Shown piece by piece: positions 43,301-52,823 of a stretch of DNA of 64,000 nucleotides. This DNA is from Candidatus Oxydemutator sp. (lineage in GTDB: Bacteria > Pseudomonadota > Gammaproteobacteria > Poriferisulfidales > Oxydemutatoraceae). The stretch lies in NCBI GenBank assembly GCA_965203445.1, contig OZ241883.1:2016001-2080000 (forward strand). Reading direction: 5' to 3'. Made by a program: the position numbers and the translations under genes. Position 1 is the stretch's first letter, and the number at the start of each line of letters is the position of its first letter. The notes below the pieces were generated by a model. That model saw only the letters and a list, made by a program, of their open reading frames with translations, was not told the DNA's origin and did not search any database.

Positions 43301-46300
43301 CCCCTGTCACCCTGCCTATCGAGTAACTGGCGCTCACTACCGAACCTGCGGCGGCCCGGCCTATCAGACCACCCGAACGGAGCCCATCCGCGTGCACTCC
43401 CACGGCCGCGTAACTCGCCAATACCGTGCCATGATTGGCACCCGCCAGACCGCCCGCCGCAAAAACACCCTTTACGCTGCCGCCTGTCACGTAACACGCC
43501 GCCACCTTGCCTTCGTTACGACCCACCAACGCCCCCGTATGCATACTGCCGCCACCCACCTCCACGCTCACGTCCCGCAAGCCCACGTTGCGGATCGTGC
43601 CGACACCGCTTACGGCGCCGAACAAGCCCGCGTTATCCAACCGTAGCGACGACTGGATACGCAAGTTGCTTACGACGTGGCCGTTGCCTTCAAAAACGGC
43701 GGTGTAATACTTTATCGGATTCCCGCCCCCCAGCGGCGTCCAGTTCCGCACGCTCGACAAGTCCACGTCGTTCGACAACTCGTAGCCTTTGCAACCGCCC
43801 GCGCAAGTCTTGACCTTGTCAAAAAACGGAAAGGCCTCGTCGTAGGCAACCACGTCTCCATCAGCCACGCCGCGCAAACCCGCGCCGCCCAAGTCATAGC
43901 GGATCGCCGCCAACTGCGACGTCGTCGCAACGTTTATCAGATTGTTGCCGTCGGGATCGTAATCCCTCCCGTTCGGGGCGATGACGCTGACAACCGCGGA
44001 ACCGGCGGGGTTCAAACGCACGTTGTCCGGGCCTTGCAAATCGCTTATCCTCACTCGAAACGTCTCTCTCCTCTCCGGCGTCTCGTCCTCCTTTATCCCT
44101 ACCTGGAAAACCGCGCTGGCGGTGCCCGCCAGAACCACCTGCCCGCTCGTCGCACCGTCAAAATCCAACGCCTCGGCGTGGCCTTCGCCTACGCCGGTCA
44201 ACTCCACCGACCAATTCATCGTCACCGCGCCGGCGCCGCGAGTGCTCAAGGTCACCGCGTACTCCGCCTCCTCACCCTCCGATTTTCTTCCGGCGCCCTG
44301 CGACAACGTCACAAATACACCGGCCGCCAGCCGCTGCGCTCGGATGCCGGTGGTGTTGCCGTCGGGGTAACGCTCGCTTACGCCGCGCAGCACCGGATAA
44401 TCCAGATTCGTACCGAAGTCCCACGGGTTGTCGTCGTTCAACGTCAAAACCCCCATCACTGTGCCCGTCGTGTCGTCCACGTTCAGACCGCTCCAGGCGG
44501 CATAAATGCCCTCGGCCGCGACCGGCGAACGCAACTCCCGGCTCGTCCTGACCGCCGTCGCCGACACGTTCGTACCGCCCGATGATAAGCCGCCGCTATC
44601 TCTGTCATAGTAACTGGCCTCTATCGCGGTCGACGCGGCATCGTTTTGGCCCACCAAACCGCCATCGTTACGCGTCGCATGGGGCCAGACAACACGCGCC
44701 AGCCCTACGATTCCTAATGAATAACTCGCTATGATCTTCCCGCCGGGAGCGTTATAACCCACCAGACCACCGGTAGGGGATGCAGCCCCCCTGACGTACG
44801 CGTTGGCGTAACTGGCAATGATCGTCCCCTCATTGCCACCCACCAGACCACCCACGGTCCAACTGCCGATCACGTCTCCCTGATCATCTTCGCCCACCAC
44901 GTAACACGCCGCCACTTTGCCGCCGTAGTTGACCCCCGCCAACCCGCCCGTTGATATGCTGTTCATGTGCACGGCCACTTTCGCGCCCATCAGGCCCACG
45001 TTGCGAATGACACCGCCGGCGCCCAAGCCCCGGAACAAGCCCACAAAGTGCCAGACAACGTTCGGCGCGTTCACTTCCATGTTGCTGATAACGTGGCCGT
45101 TGCCTTCGAACACCGCTTTGTAAAGGTACTTCTCAGGCAGCCGGCCATCCACCCGGGGATCGAGCCCCCCGCCCCCTATCGGTTGCCAGGCCAGGCCCGA
45201 CAAGTCTACGTCGTTCAGCAACTCGTAACCCTTGCAGCCGCCCGCACACGCCCCGATCTCGTCAAAAAACGGAAACGCGCCTTCGTAAGCGGCTACAGCG
45301 GCCACGTCTTCGCCATCCACGCCACCCAGACCCATACCTCTCAAATCATAGCGGATCGCCGACAACTGCGACGTCGTCATAACGTCTATCAGACCGTTGT
45401 CGTCGGCGTCGTAATTTTTGCCATGCGAGGCGATGACGCTGACAACCGCGGAACTGGCGACGTTCAAGCGCTGGCGCAACGCGCCCGACGTCAAAAATCC
45501 GCTCACCCTCACTCGGAACGTCTCTCTCAACTCCGGCCTCACGTCATCCGCTATCCGTACCTGGAAATCCGCGCTGCTGGTATTGGTGAGGACCAGCACC
45601 CCATCCATGTCCCCGTCAAAATCCGACGCCTCGGCGTGGCCGTCGCCGGCACCGGTGTACTCCACGGACCAATTCATCACCAACTGGCTGACGCGACCAT
45701 CCAATTCCACCGTGTATTCCACCACCTGCCCCTCCGTCAACAAGTCAGCGCCCCGCTGCGACAACGTCAGCAACACCTGCGGCTGCAAGCGCCGTTGCAC
45801 GCCGATACCGGCGGCGTTGCCGCCGGGAAAACGCGCGCTCACGCCGCGCAGTACCGGATAATCAAAACCACTCCCGAAATCCCACGGCGCGTCGTCGTTC
45901 AAATCATCGTCATCAAGCTGATCCACGCCGTCCACGTCCAATTTGTCCCAACCGGCGTATATGCCCACGGCCGACGTCGGGGCGCGCAACTGTAAGGACG
46001 TCCTCGACGTATGCGCGTCCGACGACGGCGGCGTCTGGCCGCCACAGCACGATGTCTGCCCGCTGCGCCCGCGGTCGTAGTAGCTTGCCTGAACGTCGTA
46101 TTTGTCGGCATCGCTTTCATTGCGCCTTCCCAACAAGCCGCCCCTTACGGTGCTTCCGCCATAGCGACCCCCGGACACCATACCGACGGAGTAACTGGCG
46201 CTCACCACCGAACCTGCAATGGCTTCGCCTATCAGACCACCCGCCGTGTGGGCGTCCGCATGTACCCCCACGTCCGCGTAACTCGCTATTACCGTGCCAC

Positions 46301-49300
46301 CATTGGCGCCCGCCAAACCGCCCGCCCCCCAAACACCCTTTACCCTGCCGGCTTGACCATCTACGCTGCCACCCAGCACGTAACACGCCGCCACTCTGCC
46401 TTCGTTACGACCCACCAGCGCGCCCGTATGAACTCCTGCCCCCACGCTCACGAAAACGTCCCTCAGGCCCACGTTGCGGATCCTGCCGCCGACGCCCACG
46501 GCACTGAACAAACCCGCGTTATTCAACGACGGGCTCTCAATACGCAAATTGCTTATGACGTGGCCGTTGCCTTCAAAAACCGCGGTGTAATACTCTAACG
46601 GAGACCCACCCCCTAACGGCGTCCAGTTCCCCACGCTCGACAAATCCAGGTCGTTCGACAACTCGTAGCCGGCGCACGTGCCGGGACAGGTGCTACTCTC
46701 GTTAAAAAATGGAAATGCCTCTTCGTAAGCATCCGCGTCGTCTCCATCAGCCACGCCGAGCAAACCCATACCGCCCAAGTCATAGCGGATCGCCGACAAC
46801 TGCGACGTCGTCGCAACCTCTATTAAATTATCGCCGTCGCGGTCGTAATCCATCCCGCGGTTCCTTTCGATGCTGCTGACGACCGCGGAACTGGCGGCGC
46901 TCAAACGCAGCCCGTCCAAACCCCTCGGTTCGCTCAAGCGCACGCGGAACGTCTCTCTCCCCTCCGGCCCGTCGCCATCCCTGATAGTGATGCTGAAAAC
47001 CGCGCTGTCGGTGTTGACCAGGACCACCTCCCCGCGCGTCGCCTCGGAAAAGTCGTCCGCATCGGCGTGGCCTTCGCCGACGCCGGTCAACTCCACCGAC
47101 CAATTCATCGTCACCACACCAGCGCCGTAAGCGCTCAATGTCACCGCGTACTCCGCCGCCCCGCCCTCAAAGTTCCTTCCGACACCCTGCGACAACGTCA
47201 CCAATACGTCGGCCACCGGGCGCTGCACTCGGATGCCGGTGGTGTTGCCCTTGGGGTAACGGGCGCTCACGCCGCGCAGTACCGGATAATCAAAACCACT
47301 CCCGAAATCCCACGGCGCGTCGTCGTTCAAATCATCGTCATCAAGCTGATCCACGCCGTCCACGTCCAATTTGTCCCAACCGGCGTATATGCCCACGGCC
47401 GACGTCGGGGCGCGCAACTGTAAGGACGTCCTCGACGTATGCGCGTCCGACGACGGCGGCGTCTGGCCGCCACAGCACGATGTCTGCCCGCTGCGCCCGC
47501 GGTCGTAGTAGCTTGCCTGAACGTCGTATTTGTCGGCATCGCTTTCATTGCGCCTTCCCAACAAGCCGCCCCTTACGGTGCTTCCGCCATAGCGACCCCC
47601 GGACACCATACCGACGGAGTAACTGGCGCTCACCACCGAACCTGCAATGGCTTCGCCTATCAGACCACCCGCCGTGTGGGCGTCCGCATGTACCCCCACG
47701 TCCGCGTAACTCGCTATTACCGTGCCACCATTGGCGCCCGCCAAACCGCCCGCCCCCCAAACACCCTTTACCCTGCCGGCTTGACCATCTACGCTGCCAC
47801 CCAGCACGTAACACGCCGCCACTCTGCCTTCGTTACGACCCACCAGCGCGCCCGTATGAACTCCTGCCCCCACGCTCACGAAAACGTCCCTCAGGCCCAC
47901 GTTGCGGATCCTGCCGCCGACGCCCACGGCACTGAACAAACCCGCGTTATTCAACGACGGGCTCTCAATGCGCAAATTGCTTATGACGTGGCCGTTGCCT
48001 TCAAAAACCGCGGTGTAATACTCTAACGGAGACCCACCCCCTAACGGCGTCCAGTTCCCCACGCTCGACAAATCCAGGTCGTTCGACAACTCGTAGCCGG
48101 CGCACGTGCCGGGACAGGTGCTACTCTCGTTAAAAAATGGAAATGCCTCTTTGTAAGCATCCGCGTCGTCCCCATCAGCCACGCCGAGCAAACCCATACC
48201 GCCCAAGTCATAGCGGATCGCCGACAACTGCGACGTCGTCGCAACCTCTATTAAATTATCGCCGTCGAGGTCGTAATCCGTCCCGCCGCTCCTTGCGATG
48301 ACGCTGACGACCGTGGACCTGGCGGCGCTCAACGACGAGTTGGCCGGCGCCTGAAAGTCGCTCAACTGCACTCGGAACGTCTCTCTGCCTTCCGTCATCT
48401 GATCGCGCGCTATGCCGATCTGGAAAACCGCGCTGTCGGTGTTGACGAGGGTTACCGTCCCTCTCGTCGTGGAAAAATCGGCCGCAACGGCGTGGCCGGT
48501 GCCGACACCGGTGAGCACCACCGACCAGCTCATCGTCGCCACGTCGGCGACGCCGCCCAATTCCACCGCATACGTCGCCGTCGAACCTTCCGCTGCCAAA
48601 GCGCCGCCTCGTTGCGAGAACGTCGCAAATACCGGCGGCTGCAAGCGCTGCTGCACGCCGATATTCGTGGTGTTGCCGTTGCCGCGCAACACCGGATATT
48701 GGAACGGATTGCCAAAGTCCCACGGCGCGTCGTCGTTCGTGCCGGCGCCGTTCAAGTCCAGCTTGTCCCAACCGGCGTATATCTCCACCGCGGACGTCGG
48801 CGTGCGCAACGCGACGGAACTCTTGGGCGACCGATCCGGCGACGGCGCGTTACTGTCGCAGCACGAACTCACTCTGGCGCGCCTTTTATCAAAGTAGCTC
48901 GACTGAATCTCGGCGGCTGAATCATGCTGCCCCACCAGACCGCCGAACCCGGAAGGGTTCTCCGACACTACCAGCGTGTAACTGGCACTCACTATGCTAT
49001 TGGCGCGGGTACGGCCTACCAGACCGCCCAACGGCTGAGACGTGGCACGAGGTATCGACACATTGGTATAACTGGCAATTATGATTCCACGCGCGCGCAA
49101 ATCGCCCACCAGACTGCCCGTGTAAAAACCGCCGGATACCGTGCCACCTGCCACGTAACTCGACGCTATTCTGCCATGGGCAGTTCCCGCCAATGCGCCC
49201 GTATAGAAGCTGAAGCTGCCTGTATGCAAGCTCACGTTTACGTCCACCAAACCCACGTTGCGGACGACACTGGCGGCGCCCAGGCCGCGGAACAAACCCA

Positions 49301-49718
49301 CAAAGTCCCAATCGGAATTCCCGCCGTCAATGCTCATGTTGCTGATAACGTGGCCGTTACCCTCGAACACTCTGTTGTAATGGTTCCCATCAGGCAAAAT
49401 TGCAGGAAAAGATGCGCGCGATCCGCCCCCTATCGGGTTCCAGTTCGCGCCCGACAAGTCTATATCATTCAACAGTTCATAACCGGTGCAGGTGGAAGGA
49501 CAACCCATGCCTTGTATGGCGTCGGGAAACGCGTCTCTATAGGCGGCCGCGGCGGCGTTGCCGACGCCCATCAAATCATGGGTGATGGCCTGTAACTGCG
49601 CCCGATCTCTGACGTCTATCAGATTGTTGTCATTATTGTCATAGTCAACGGAGGTTTGGATTTGGGCCGCGGCACCCGTGGCAAAAAACATCAACAGCAA
49701 GTATGCGACAATTTTCAT
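40347..49718 (-). CDS. Giant secreted repeat protein / putative adhesin (~3,120 aa): signal peptide, 6 x [acidic DYD motif + Cys-containing cap + GLUG-like beta-helix + Calx-beta-like domain], C-terminal dockerin-like domain
   Basis: Uninterrupted 9.4-kb ORF; MKIVAYLLLMFFATGAAA|Q signal; repeated FEGNGHVISNL, GLF, GALVG/GGLVG, WDFG...YP.L; Calx-beta-like EG...DF...D...E.RETF.V; start 49718, 49736 or 49805. Confidence 0.85.
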   Translation of the reverse strand: MKIVAYLLLMFFATGAAAQIQTSVDYDNNDNNLIDVRDRAQLQAITHDLMGVGNAAAAAYRDAFPDAIQGMGCPSTCTGYELLNDIDLSGANWNPIGGGSRASFPAILPDGNHYNRVFEGNGHVISNMSIDGGNSDWDFVGLFRGLGAASVVRNVGLVDVNVSLHTGSFSFYTGALAGTAHGRIASSYVAGGTVSGGFYTGSLVGDLRARGIIIASYTNVSIPRATSQPLGGLVGRTRANSIVSASYTLVVSENPSGFGGLVGQHDSAAEIQSSYFDKRRARVSSCCDSNAPSPDRSPKSSVALRTPTSAVEIYAGWDKLDLNGAGTNDDAPWDFGNPFQYPVLRGNGNTTNIGVQQRLQPPVFATFSQRGGALAAEGSTATYAVELGGVADVATMSWSVVLTGVGTGHAVAADFSTTRGTVTLVNTDSAVFQIGIARDQMTEGRETFRVQLSDFQAPANSSLSAARSTVVSVIARSGGTDYDLDGDNLIEVATTSQLSAIRYDLGGMGLLGVADGDDADAYKEAFPFFNESSTCPGTCAGYELSNDLDLSSVGNWTPLGGGSPLEYYTAVFEGNGHVISNLRIESPSLNNAGLFSAVGVGGRIRNVGLRDVFVSVGAGVHTGALVGRNEGRVAACYVLGGSVDGQAGRVKGVWGAGGLAGANGGTVIASYADVGVHADAHTAGGLIGEAIAGSVVSASYSVGMVSGGRYGGSTVRGGLLGRRNESDADKYDVQASYYDRGRSGQTSCCGGQTPPSSDAHTSRTSLQLRAPTSAVGIYAGWDKLDVDGVDQLDDDDLNDDAPWDFGSGFDYPVLRGVSARYPKGNTTGIRVQRPVADVLVTLSQGVGRNFEGGAAEYAVTLSAYGAGVVTMNWSVELTGVGEGHADADDFSEATRGEVVLVNTDSAVFSITIRDGDGPEGRETFRVRLSEPRGLDGLRLSAASSAVVSSIERNRGMDYDRDGDNLIEVATTSQLSAIRYDLGGMGLLGVADGDDADAYEEAFPFFNESSTCPGTCAGYELSNDLDLSSVGNWTPLGGGSPLEYYTAVFEGNGHVISNLRIESPSLNNAGLFSAVGVGGRIRNVGLRDVFVSVGAGVHTGALVGRNEGRVAACYVLGGSVDGQAGRVKGVWGAGGLAGANGGTVIASYADVGVHADAHTAGGLIGEAIAGSVVSASYSVGMVSGGRYGGSTVRGGLLGRRNESDADKYDVQASYYDRGRSGQTSCCGGQTPPSSDAHTSRTSLQLRAPTSAVGIYAGWDKLDVDGVDQLDDDDLNDDAPWDFGSGFDYPVLRGVSARFPGGNAAGIGVQRRLQPQVLLTLSQRGADLLTEGQVVEYTVELDGRVSQLVMNWSVEYTGAGDGHAEASDFDGDMDGVLVLTNTSSADFQVRIADDVRPELRETFRVRVSGFLTSGALRQRLNVASSAVVSVIASHGKNYDADDNGLIDVMTTSQLSAIRYDLRGMGLGGVDGEDVAAVAAYEGAFPFFDEIGACAGGCKGYELLNDVDLSGLAWQPIGGGGLDPRVDGRLPEKYLYKAVFEGNGHVISNMEVNAPNVVWHFVGLFRGLGAGGVIRNVGLMGAKVAVHMNSISTGGLAGVNYGGKVAACYVVGEDDQGDVIGSWTVGGLVGGNEGTIIASYANAYVRGAASPTGGLVGYNAPGGKIIASYSLGIVGLARVVWPHATRNDGGLVGQNDAASTAIEASYYDRDSGGLSSGGTNVSATAVRTSRELRSPVAAEGIYAAWSGLNVDDTTGTVMGVLTLNDDNPWDFGTNLDYPVLRGVSERYPDGNTTGIRAQRLAAGVFVTLSQGAGRKSEGEEAEYAVTLSTRGAGAVTMNWSVELTGVGEGHAEALDFDGATSGQVVLAGTASAVFQVGIKEDETPERRETFRVRISDLQGPDNVRLNPAGSAVVSVIAPNGRDYDPDGNNLINVATTSQLAAIRYDLGGAGLRGVADGDVVAYDEAFPFFDKVKTCAGGCKGYELSNDVDLSSVRNWTPLGGGNPIKYYTAVFEGNGHVVSNLRIQSSLRLDNAGLFGAVSGVGTIRNVGLRDVSVEVGGGSMHTGALVGRNEGKVAACYVTGGSVKGVFAAGGLAGANHGTVLASYAAVGVHADGLRSGGLIGRAAAGSVVSASYSIGRVTGGARGGSTYRGGLVGGRDEADAAEYDVQASYFDRARSGQSSCCGENEPSPDRSSRTSIELRAPTAAAGIYAGWDQLDVDGVASTAMGAVTLNDDAPWDFGSGLDYPVLRGVSARYPTGNTTSAGVQRRLQPPVSLTLSQRGADLVTEGQDVEYIVELDVPSVIQLVMNWSVEYTGAGDGHAEASDFDGDRDGFLFLTNTRSAVFQVSIADDGTPDLRETFRVRVSGFVTSSALRRRLNVASSAVVSVIAPHGKDYDPDGNNLINVATTSQLAAIRHDLGGAGLRGVADGDVVAYDEAFPFFDEAETCAGGCKGYELSNDVDLSSVRNWTPIGGGNPTKYYTAVFEGNGHVVSNLRIQSSLRLDNAGLFGAVSGAGTIRNVGLRDVNVEVGGGSMHTGALVGRNEGKVAASYVTGGRVKGVSATGGLAGANYGAVLASYAAVGVHADGLRSGGLIGRAAAGSVVSASYSIGRVTGGAHGASIYRGGLVGGRDEADAAEYDVQASYFDHARSGQSSCCGENEPSPDRSSRTSIELRAPTAAMGIYAGWDQLDVDGVASTAMGVVTLNDDAPWDFGSRFDYPALRGVSIRYPGGNTTSIRVQRQRQPSVPVVMLATPAHIRTTESDVELRFEVALSPATAVIGEDVTIHYQVSGTATAGADYRDEDGGMVVMAVGTTRAVIRLRLLDDYVIEPEEELVLQLLRTRGDSVAVATTRFSTVVTIANDDRLVVVDARVYLQGAYGGSRGMSTGLIDVLPRRQPYNVAPWNYPAATTVPHVGEELGLSGVTSTIVDWVLVELRTGATADAALASAPTTGGRAAGLLLRDGRIAGINEEAATAADTLFLNGVRFETELPEGQEVYVLVHHRNHLSVISANALAPGSEGCTAGYCVDFRFAQSHGDGQAEVGQGTYAMFAGDVDRNGVIDERDEVLIRVHNLRSLGAGAYRDPDAAGNYAVDADLDFDGEVLSADRCFMLAPGNQGRCRTFSAP
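41540..43964 (-). repeat. Highly similar internal direct repeat (modules 5 and 6; offset 1419 bp)
   Basis: DYDPDGNNLINVATTSQL starts at 43964 and 42545; shadow ORFs at 42088/43507 offset by 1419; scattered substitutions. Confidence 0.92.
45832..48278 (-). repeat. Near-identical internal direct repeat (modules 2 and 3; ~1.0 kb copies, offset 1428 bp)
   Basis: Identical shadow ORFs at 46011/47439, 45899/47327 and 46117/47545, all offset by 1428; only about three substitutions noticed by eye. Confidence 0.93.
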
Positions 49719-49858
49719 TGTCCGCGCCTTGGCCATGAGCAACCGCGGCTGCTCGCCCGCAACTCGCGCATTAATTCCAAATCTGAGGTTCATTCTATAT
49801 CGCATCCAGCGAAACTTGACAGGGTTACTATTACGGGTTTGCGATGCTCGCGCCTGCC

Positions 49859-50899
49859 TTACGGTGTCTTCTTGCGCGTCAGGGTGTCCGTGCTCGCGGT
49901 AAGCGGTTCATAGACCGCATCGTGTAAGCGGTAGTACCAACGGGAGAAATGCTCGTCCAAGGATTGCGCCTCGGCCGCGATCTTGGCACGCTTGTCGTCT
50001 GCGACCGCGAACTGCTCCATGATCTGATCGTCGGCGTGCGCGCCGACCGCGGCGTAGGGGGTTTCCCCGACCCGATACACCCGTAACGCGATCTGCAAGC
50101 CGTCGAAAGTCGTAAATATCGCCGTTATGGTGTCGTCCGGCAGGGTGAAATCGTCGTTTTTGACGTAGACTTCGTTAAAGTCGAGAAAATCCACGGTCGC
50201 GGCGATTCGGTTCAGCGCTCCCGGATCTTTCAATTCATAATCCTCGCCAAGCGCCGCAAGCGCCAACTCCTGGCCGCGGCCCTGGCGCACCATCTCGAGC
50301 GTCTCGCCGTCCGGCTTCGCAATCGTCGCGCGGTGCAGATCGGCCGGCTCCATATGGATTATGCGCGTATCGAGCCAGGTGCGCGCCTCGGTTTCCAGGA
50401 AAAACCTGCGGTTTATCAGCCAGCTCGCATCTTCGTCCGCGATACGCACGAACTGGCCCTCGCTCAGCTGGCTGCTTGGATTGCCCATGATGACCTCCCA
50501 GGAACGCTGCGCACCGGCGAGCGCTACCGACAGACCGCCGCCCGCCTCCGGGCCGGCGACGCCCAACTGCTCGTATTGCTCCGGCTTCGAGGTCATACGC
50601 TCGACCCGTCGCGCCTCCGACAGCGCCAGCAGCAAGTTGCGGATTTTCACCCGATCCGCCGGGTAGCCGTCCTTATTCGCAACCCGCCACACGTCGCGCT
50701 CGCCGCGCACAAGATGCACTTCGGCGCCGCCCGCGCCCCGCAACGTGATTGCGGAGACGCGATTGGCCGCGTCCACGTCGAGATCGGGGAACAATGCGCC
50801 GTGGCCGTCGCCGTCGTCGTCCTCGCCGGCGAGGAACGCGACTCCCGCGATTGCCAGCAGCGCGATCAGGACGATGAAGACGACCGACCGGTTACTCAT
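49859..50899 (-). CDS. DUF4340-like periplasmic protein with N-terminal membrane anchor
   Basis: N-terminal TM, LFPDL, WRV...GYPAD..KI..LL..L, YEQLG, duplicated beta-rich halves; last gene of a GldAFG-type operon. Confidence 0.75.
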   Translation of the reverse strand: MSNRSVVFIVLIALLAIAGVAFLAGEDDDGDGHGALFPDLDVDAANRVSAITLRGAGGAEVHLVRGERDVWRVANKDGYPADRVKIRNLLLALSEARRVERMTSKPEQYEQLGVAGPEAGGGLSVALAGAQRSWEVIMGNPSSQLSEGQFVRIADEDASWLINRRFFLETEARTWLDTRIIHMEPADLHRATIAKPDGETLEMVRQGRGQELALAALGEDYELKDPGALNRIAATVDFLDFNEVYVKNDDFTLPDDTITAIFTTFDGLQIALRVYRVGETPYAAVGAHADDQIMEQFAVADDKRAKIAAEAQSLDEHFSRWYYRLHDAVYEPLTASTDTLTRKKTP

Positions 50900-52823
50900 T
50901 CCTAAGGCGCCCGCGGAAGCGAATGAACGCGAACAACAACGCCAGCAGTATCACGATACCCGGCACCAGACCGATGTTGATCACTTTCAGGCGGTTGCCG
51001 AGCGCGTCTATGTCTTTCGCCAACTTGTGCTTGACGTCGCGCAACTCCTTGCGCGTCTGCACCATCTGCGCGCGCAGGCGCGCGACTTCCTGCTGCTGTT
51101 CGGCGGTCAGTATCGTCGAGCGGCTGTCGGTGCGCTTGCTTTGCAGTTCCTGAAGTTTGCGTTCGGTCTCGCCGACCTTGCGTTGCAGGCCCTCCTCGGT
51201 CGCGCGGTACCTGGCGCTCGATTGGCGCTCGAGTTCGAGCACGCGCGTGAACGGGCGGCTCAGGCTTGCGCGCCCGCGGATGCCGATCAATTCGTTGCCG
51301 CCGGTGTAGTGGTCGACCGCGTTGATCATGAAATCGCGGTTGCTGGCGTGGGGCTGATAGATCCTCCTGCCGAAAAACTCGCGCGCCTGCACCCACATGC
51401 GGTCGGACAGCACGTCGACGTCGGCCACGACCAGCAGATTGGCCTCGCCGTCCGTCCGTGCGACGTGTTCCCGTTGCGGCGGCTTCGCCTGTTCCTGCTC
51501 TTTCTGATCGTCGCCGCCGTCCTCCTCTTGGTCGTCGGGCGGCGGGCCTTCGAAGGCGCTGTCAAGCGCGCCCGTTATCTTGGCGACCACCGGGTAGCGC
51601 TCGCCGCTCGGAGAAAACCCCTGCATCAGGGCGCTCGCGTCGGCGACGAAGCGCAGGCGCGCCAGCGGCATCAGCATCGAGTTTTCGCTCGACTGCACCA
51701 GCGGCGTCATCTCGACCCGCTCCTCGTCGAGCACGCGCACGTGCGATGCGATCCCGAAATTGACCTGCTCGAGCATTGCCGTTACGACGTCCTCGCGGTT
51801 CATGTTGCCCTTCGTATATCCGAGCAGCACGGCGTTGCGGCTCGGCGTCTGTCCCGGCGCCGCCGCCATCAGCGCGTGGTTGGGGTCGGCGACCACGGTG
51901 TCCTCGGGCACGACGAACCCCCACGACTTGAACAGGCGGTTCAGCGACGAACTCCTGGCCCGGGCGTCGGGCAGCGGCACGTCCTGCGGCACCGGTATCT
52001 CCTCGACCTCGGCGTACGGATCCACGAAAAACAGCGCCTTGCCGCCCTTCATCACGTACTGGTCTATCGCGTACAGGGTCTTGTCGGCAAGCTGCTTCGG
52101 ATGCGCGACGACCAGCAGGTCGACGTCATCCTCCACGCGCTCGGCGTCGGTGAACACCAACTTGACCGTGAACAACTGCTCCAACTGCTCGATAATCACC
52201 CACGGGTTTTGCGGGTTGCCTATCGGCGAGCCGAAGCCGGTCGGATACATCGGCAACGACGTCATCAGCCCCAGCACCGGCTTCTTCGGATGTATCAGGC
52301 TGTAGAGCAGCTTGTCCACGTCGTATTCGAGAAATACCTCGCGGTTCGAGTGCAGAAAAGGTATCACCTCGACGTTGCCGACCGCGTTGCTGCCGGCGAG
52401 ACCGAAGTACAGCGACTGGCCGGTGTTCTGAATCGGCACCTTTTGCAGGCCGAAGCCAGTGGCGCGGTCCTCGTCCTCGGAAAAAGGTTCCGGGTCTATC
52501 GTGTGCAGCTGAATCTTTCCGTCGGCGTGAAACACGAACTCCTCCAACAGTTCACGCACTTGCGCGTGGTACTTGCGCAGCGGCGCCAAGTCCCTGCTGG
52601 GGTCCTCGGAAAAGAACAGATAGAGCTTGATCGGCTGCTCTATGCTTTCGATGATCTCCAGCGTGTTGTCCGACAACGTGTAAATCTTGTTCTCGGTGAG
52701 ATCGAGGCGCAAGTGTTTCAGGCCGATATTGGCGAGCGTCATCAGCACGATGAAGGTCAGCCCCAGCAGCGCGTAGATTACGGGCGCCGGCACGGCGGCG
52801 CTTTTTTTCACGTCACTCGCCAC
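50892..52823 (-). CDS. GldG-like ABC auxiliary protein (ABC_transp_aux domain)
   Basis: RLDLTENKIYTLS, IDPEPFSEDED, YFGL, LEYD, HPK, AIDQYVMKGG, FVDP, ADVDVLSD, NRDF..NAVD, LIGIR, coiled coil, C-terminal TM. Confidence 0.88.
   Translation of the reverse strand: MASDVKKSAAVPAPVIYALLGLTFIVLMTLANIGLKHLRLDLTENKIYTLSDNTLEIIESIEQPIKLYLFFSEDPSRDLAPLRKYHAQVRELLEEFVFHADGKIQLHTIDPEPFSEDEDRATGFGLQKVPIQNTGQSLYFGLAGSNAVGNVEVIPFLHSNREVFLEYDVDKLLYSLIHPKKPVLGLMTSLPMYPTGFGSPIGNPQNPWVIIEQLEQLFTVKLVFTDAERVEDDVDLLVVAHPKQLADKTLYAIDQYVMKGGKALFFVDPYAEVEEIPVPQDVPLPDARARSSSLNRLFKSWGFVVPEDTVVADPNHALMAAAPGQTPSRNAVLLGYTKGNMNREDVVTAMLEQVNFGIASHVRVLDEERVEMTPLVQSSENSMLMPLARLRFVADASALMQGFSPSGERYPVVAKITGALDSAFEGPPPDDQEEDGGDDQKEQEQAKPPQREHVARTDGEANLLVVADVDVLSDRMWVQAREFFGRRIYQPHASNRDFMINAVDHYTGGNELIGIRGRASLSRPFTRVLELERQSSARYRATEEGLQRKVGETERKLQELQSKRTDSRSTILTAEQQQEVARLRAQMVQTRKELRDVKHKLAKDIDALGNRLKVINIGLVPGIVILLALLFAFIRFRGRLRNE

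Noticed and set aside
40512-49595. Long plus-strand ORFs (571, 462, 342, 302 aa and others) opposite the giant gene
   Set aside because: Antisense shadows of a repetitive GC-rich gene; Arg/His/Ala-rich with no motifs, and they repeat at the module period
41130-49646. Repeats as a CRISPR array or DGR template/variable pair
   Set aside because: Repeats are in-frame ~1.4-kb coding modules with no spacer structure, and there is no cas or RT gene in the window
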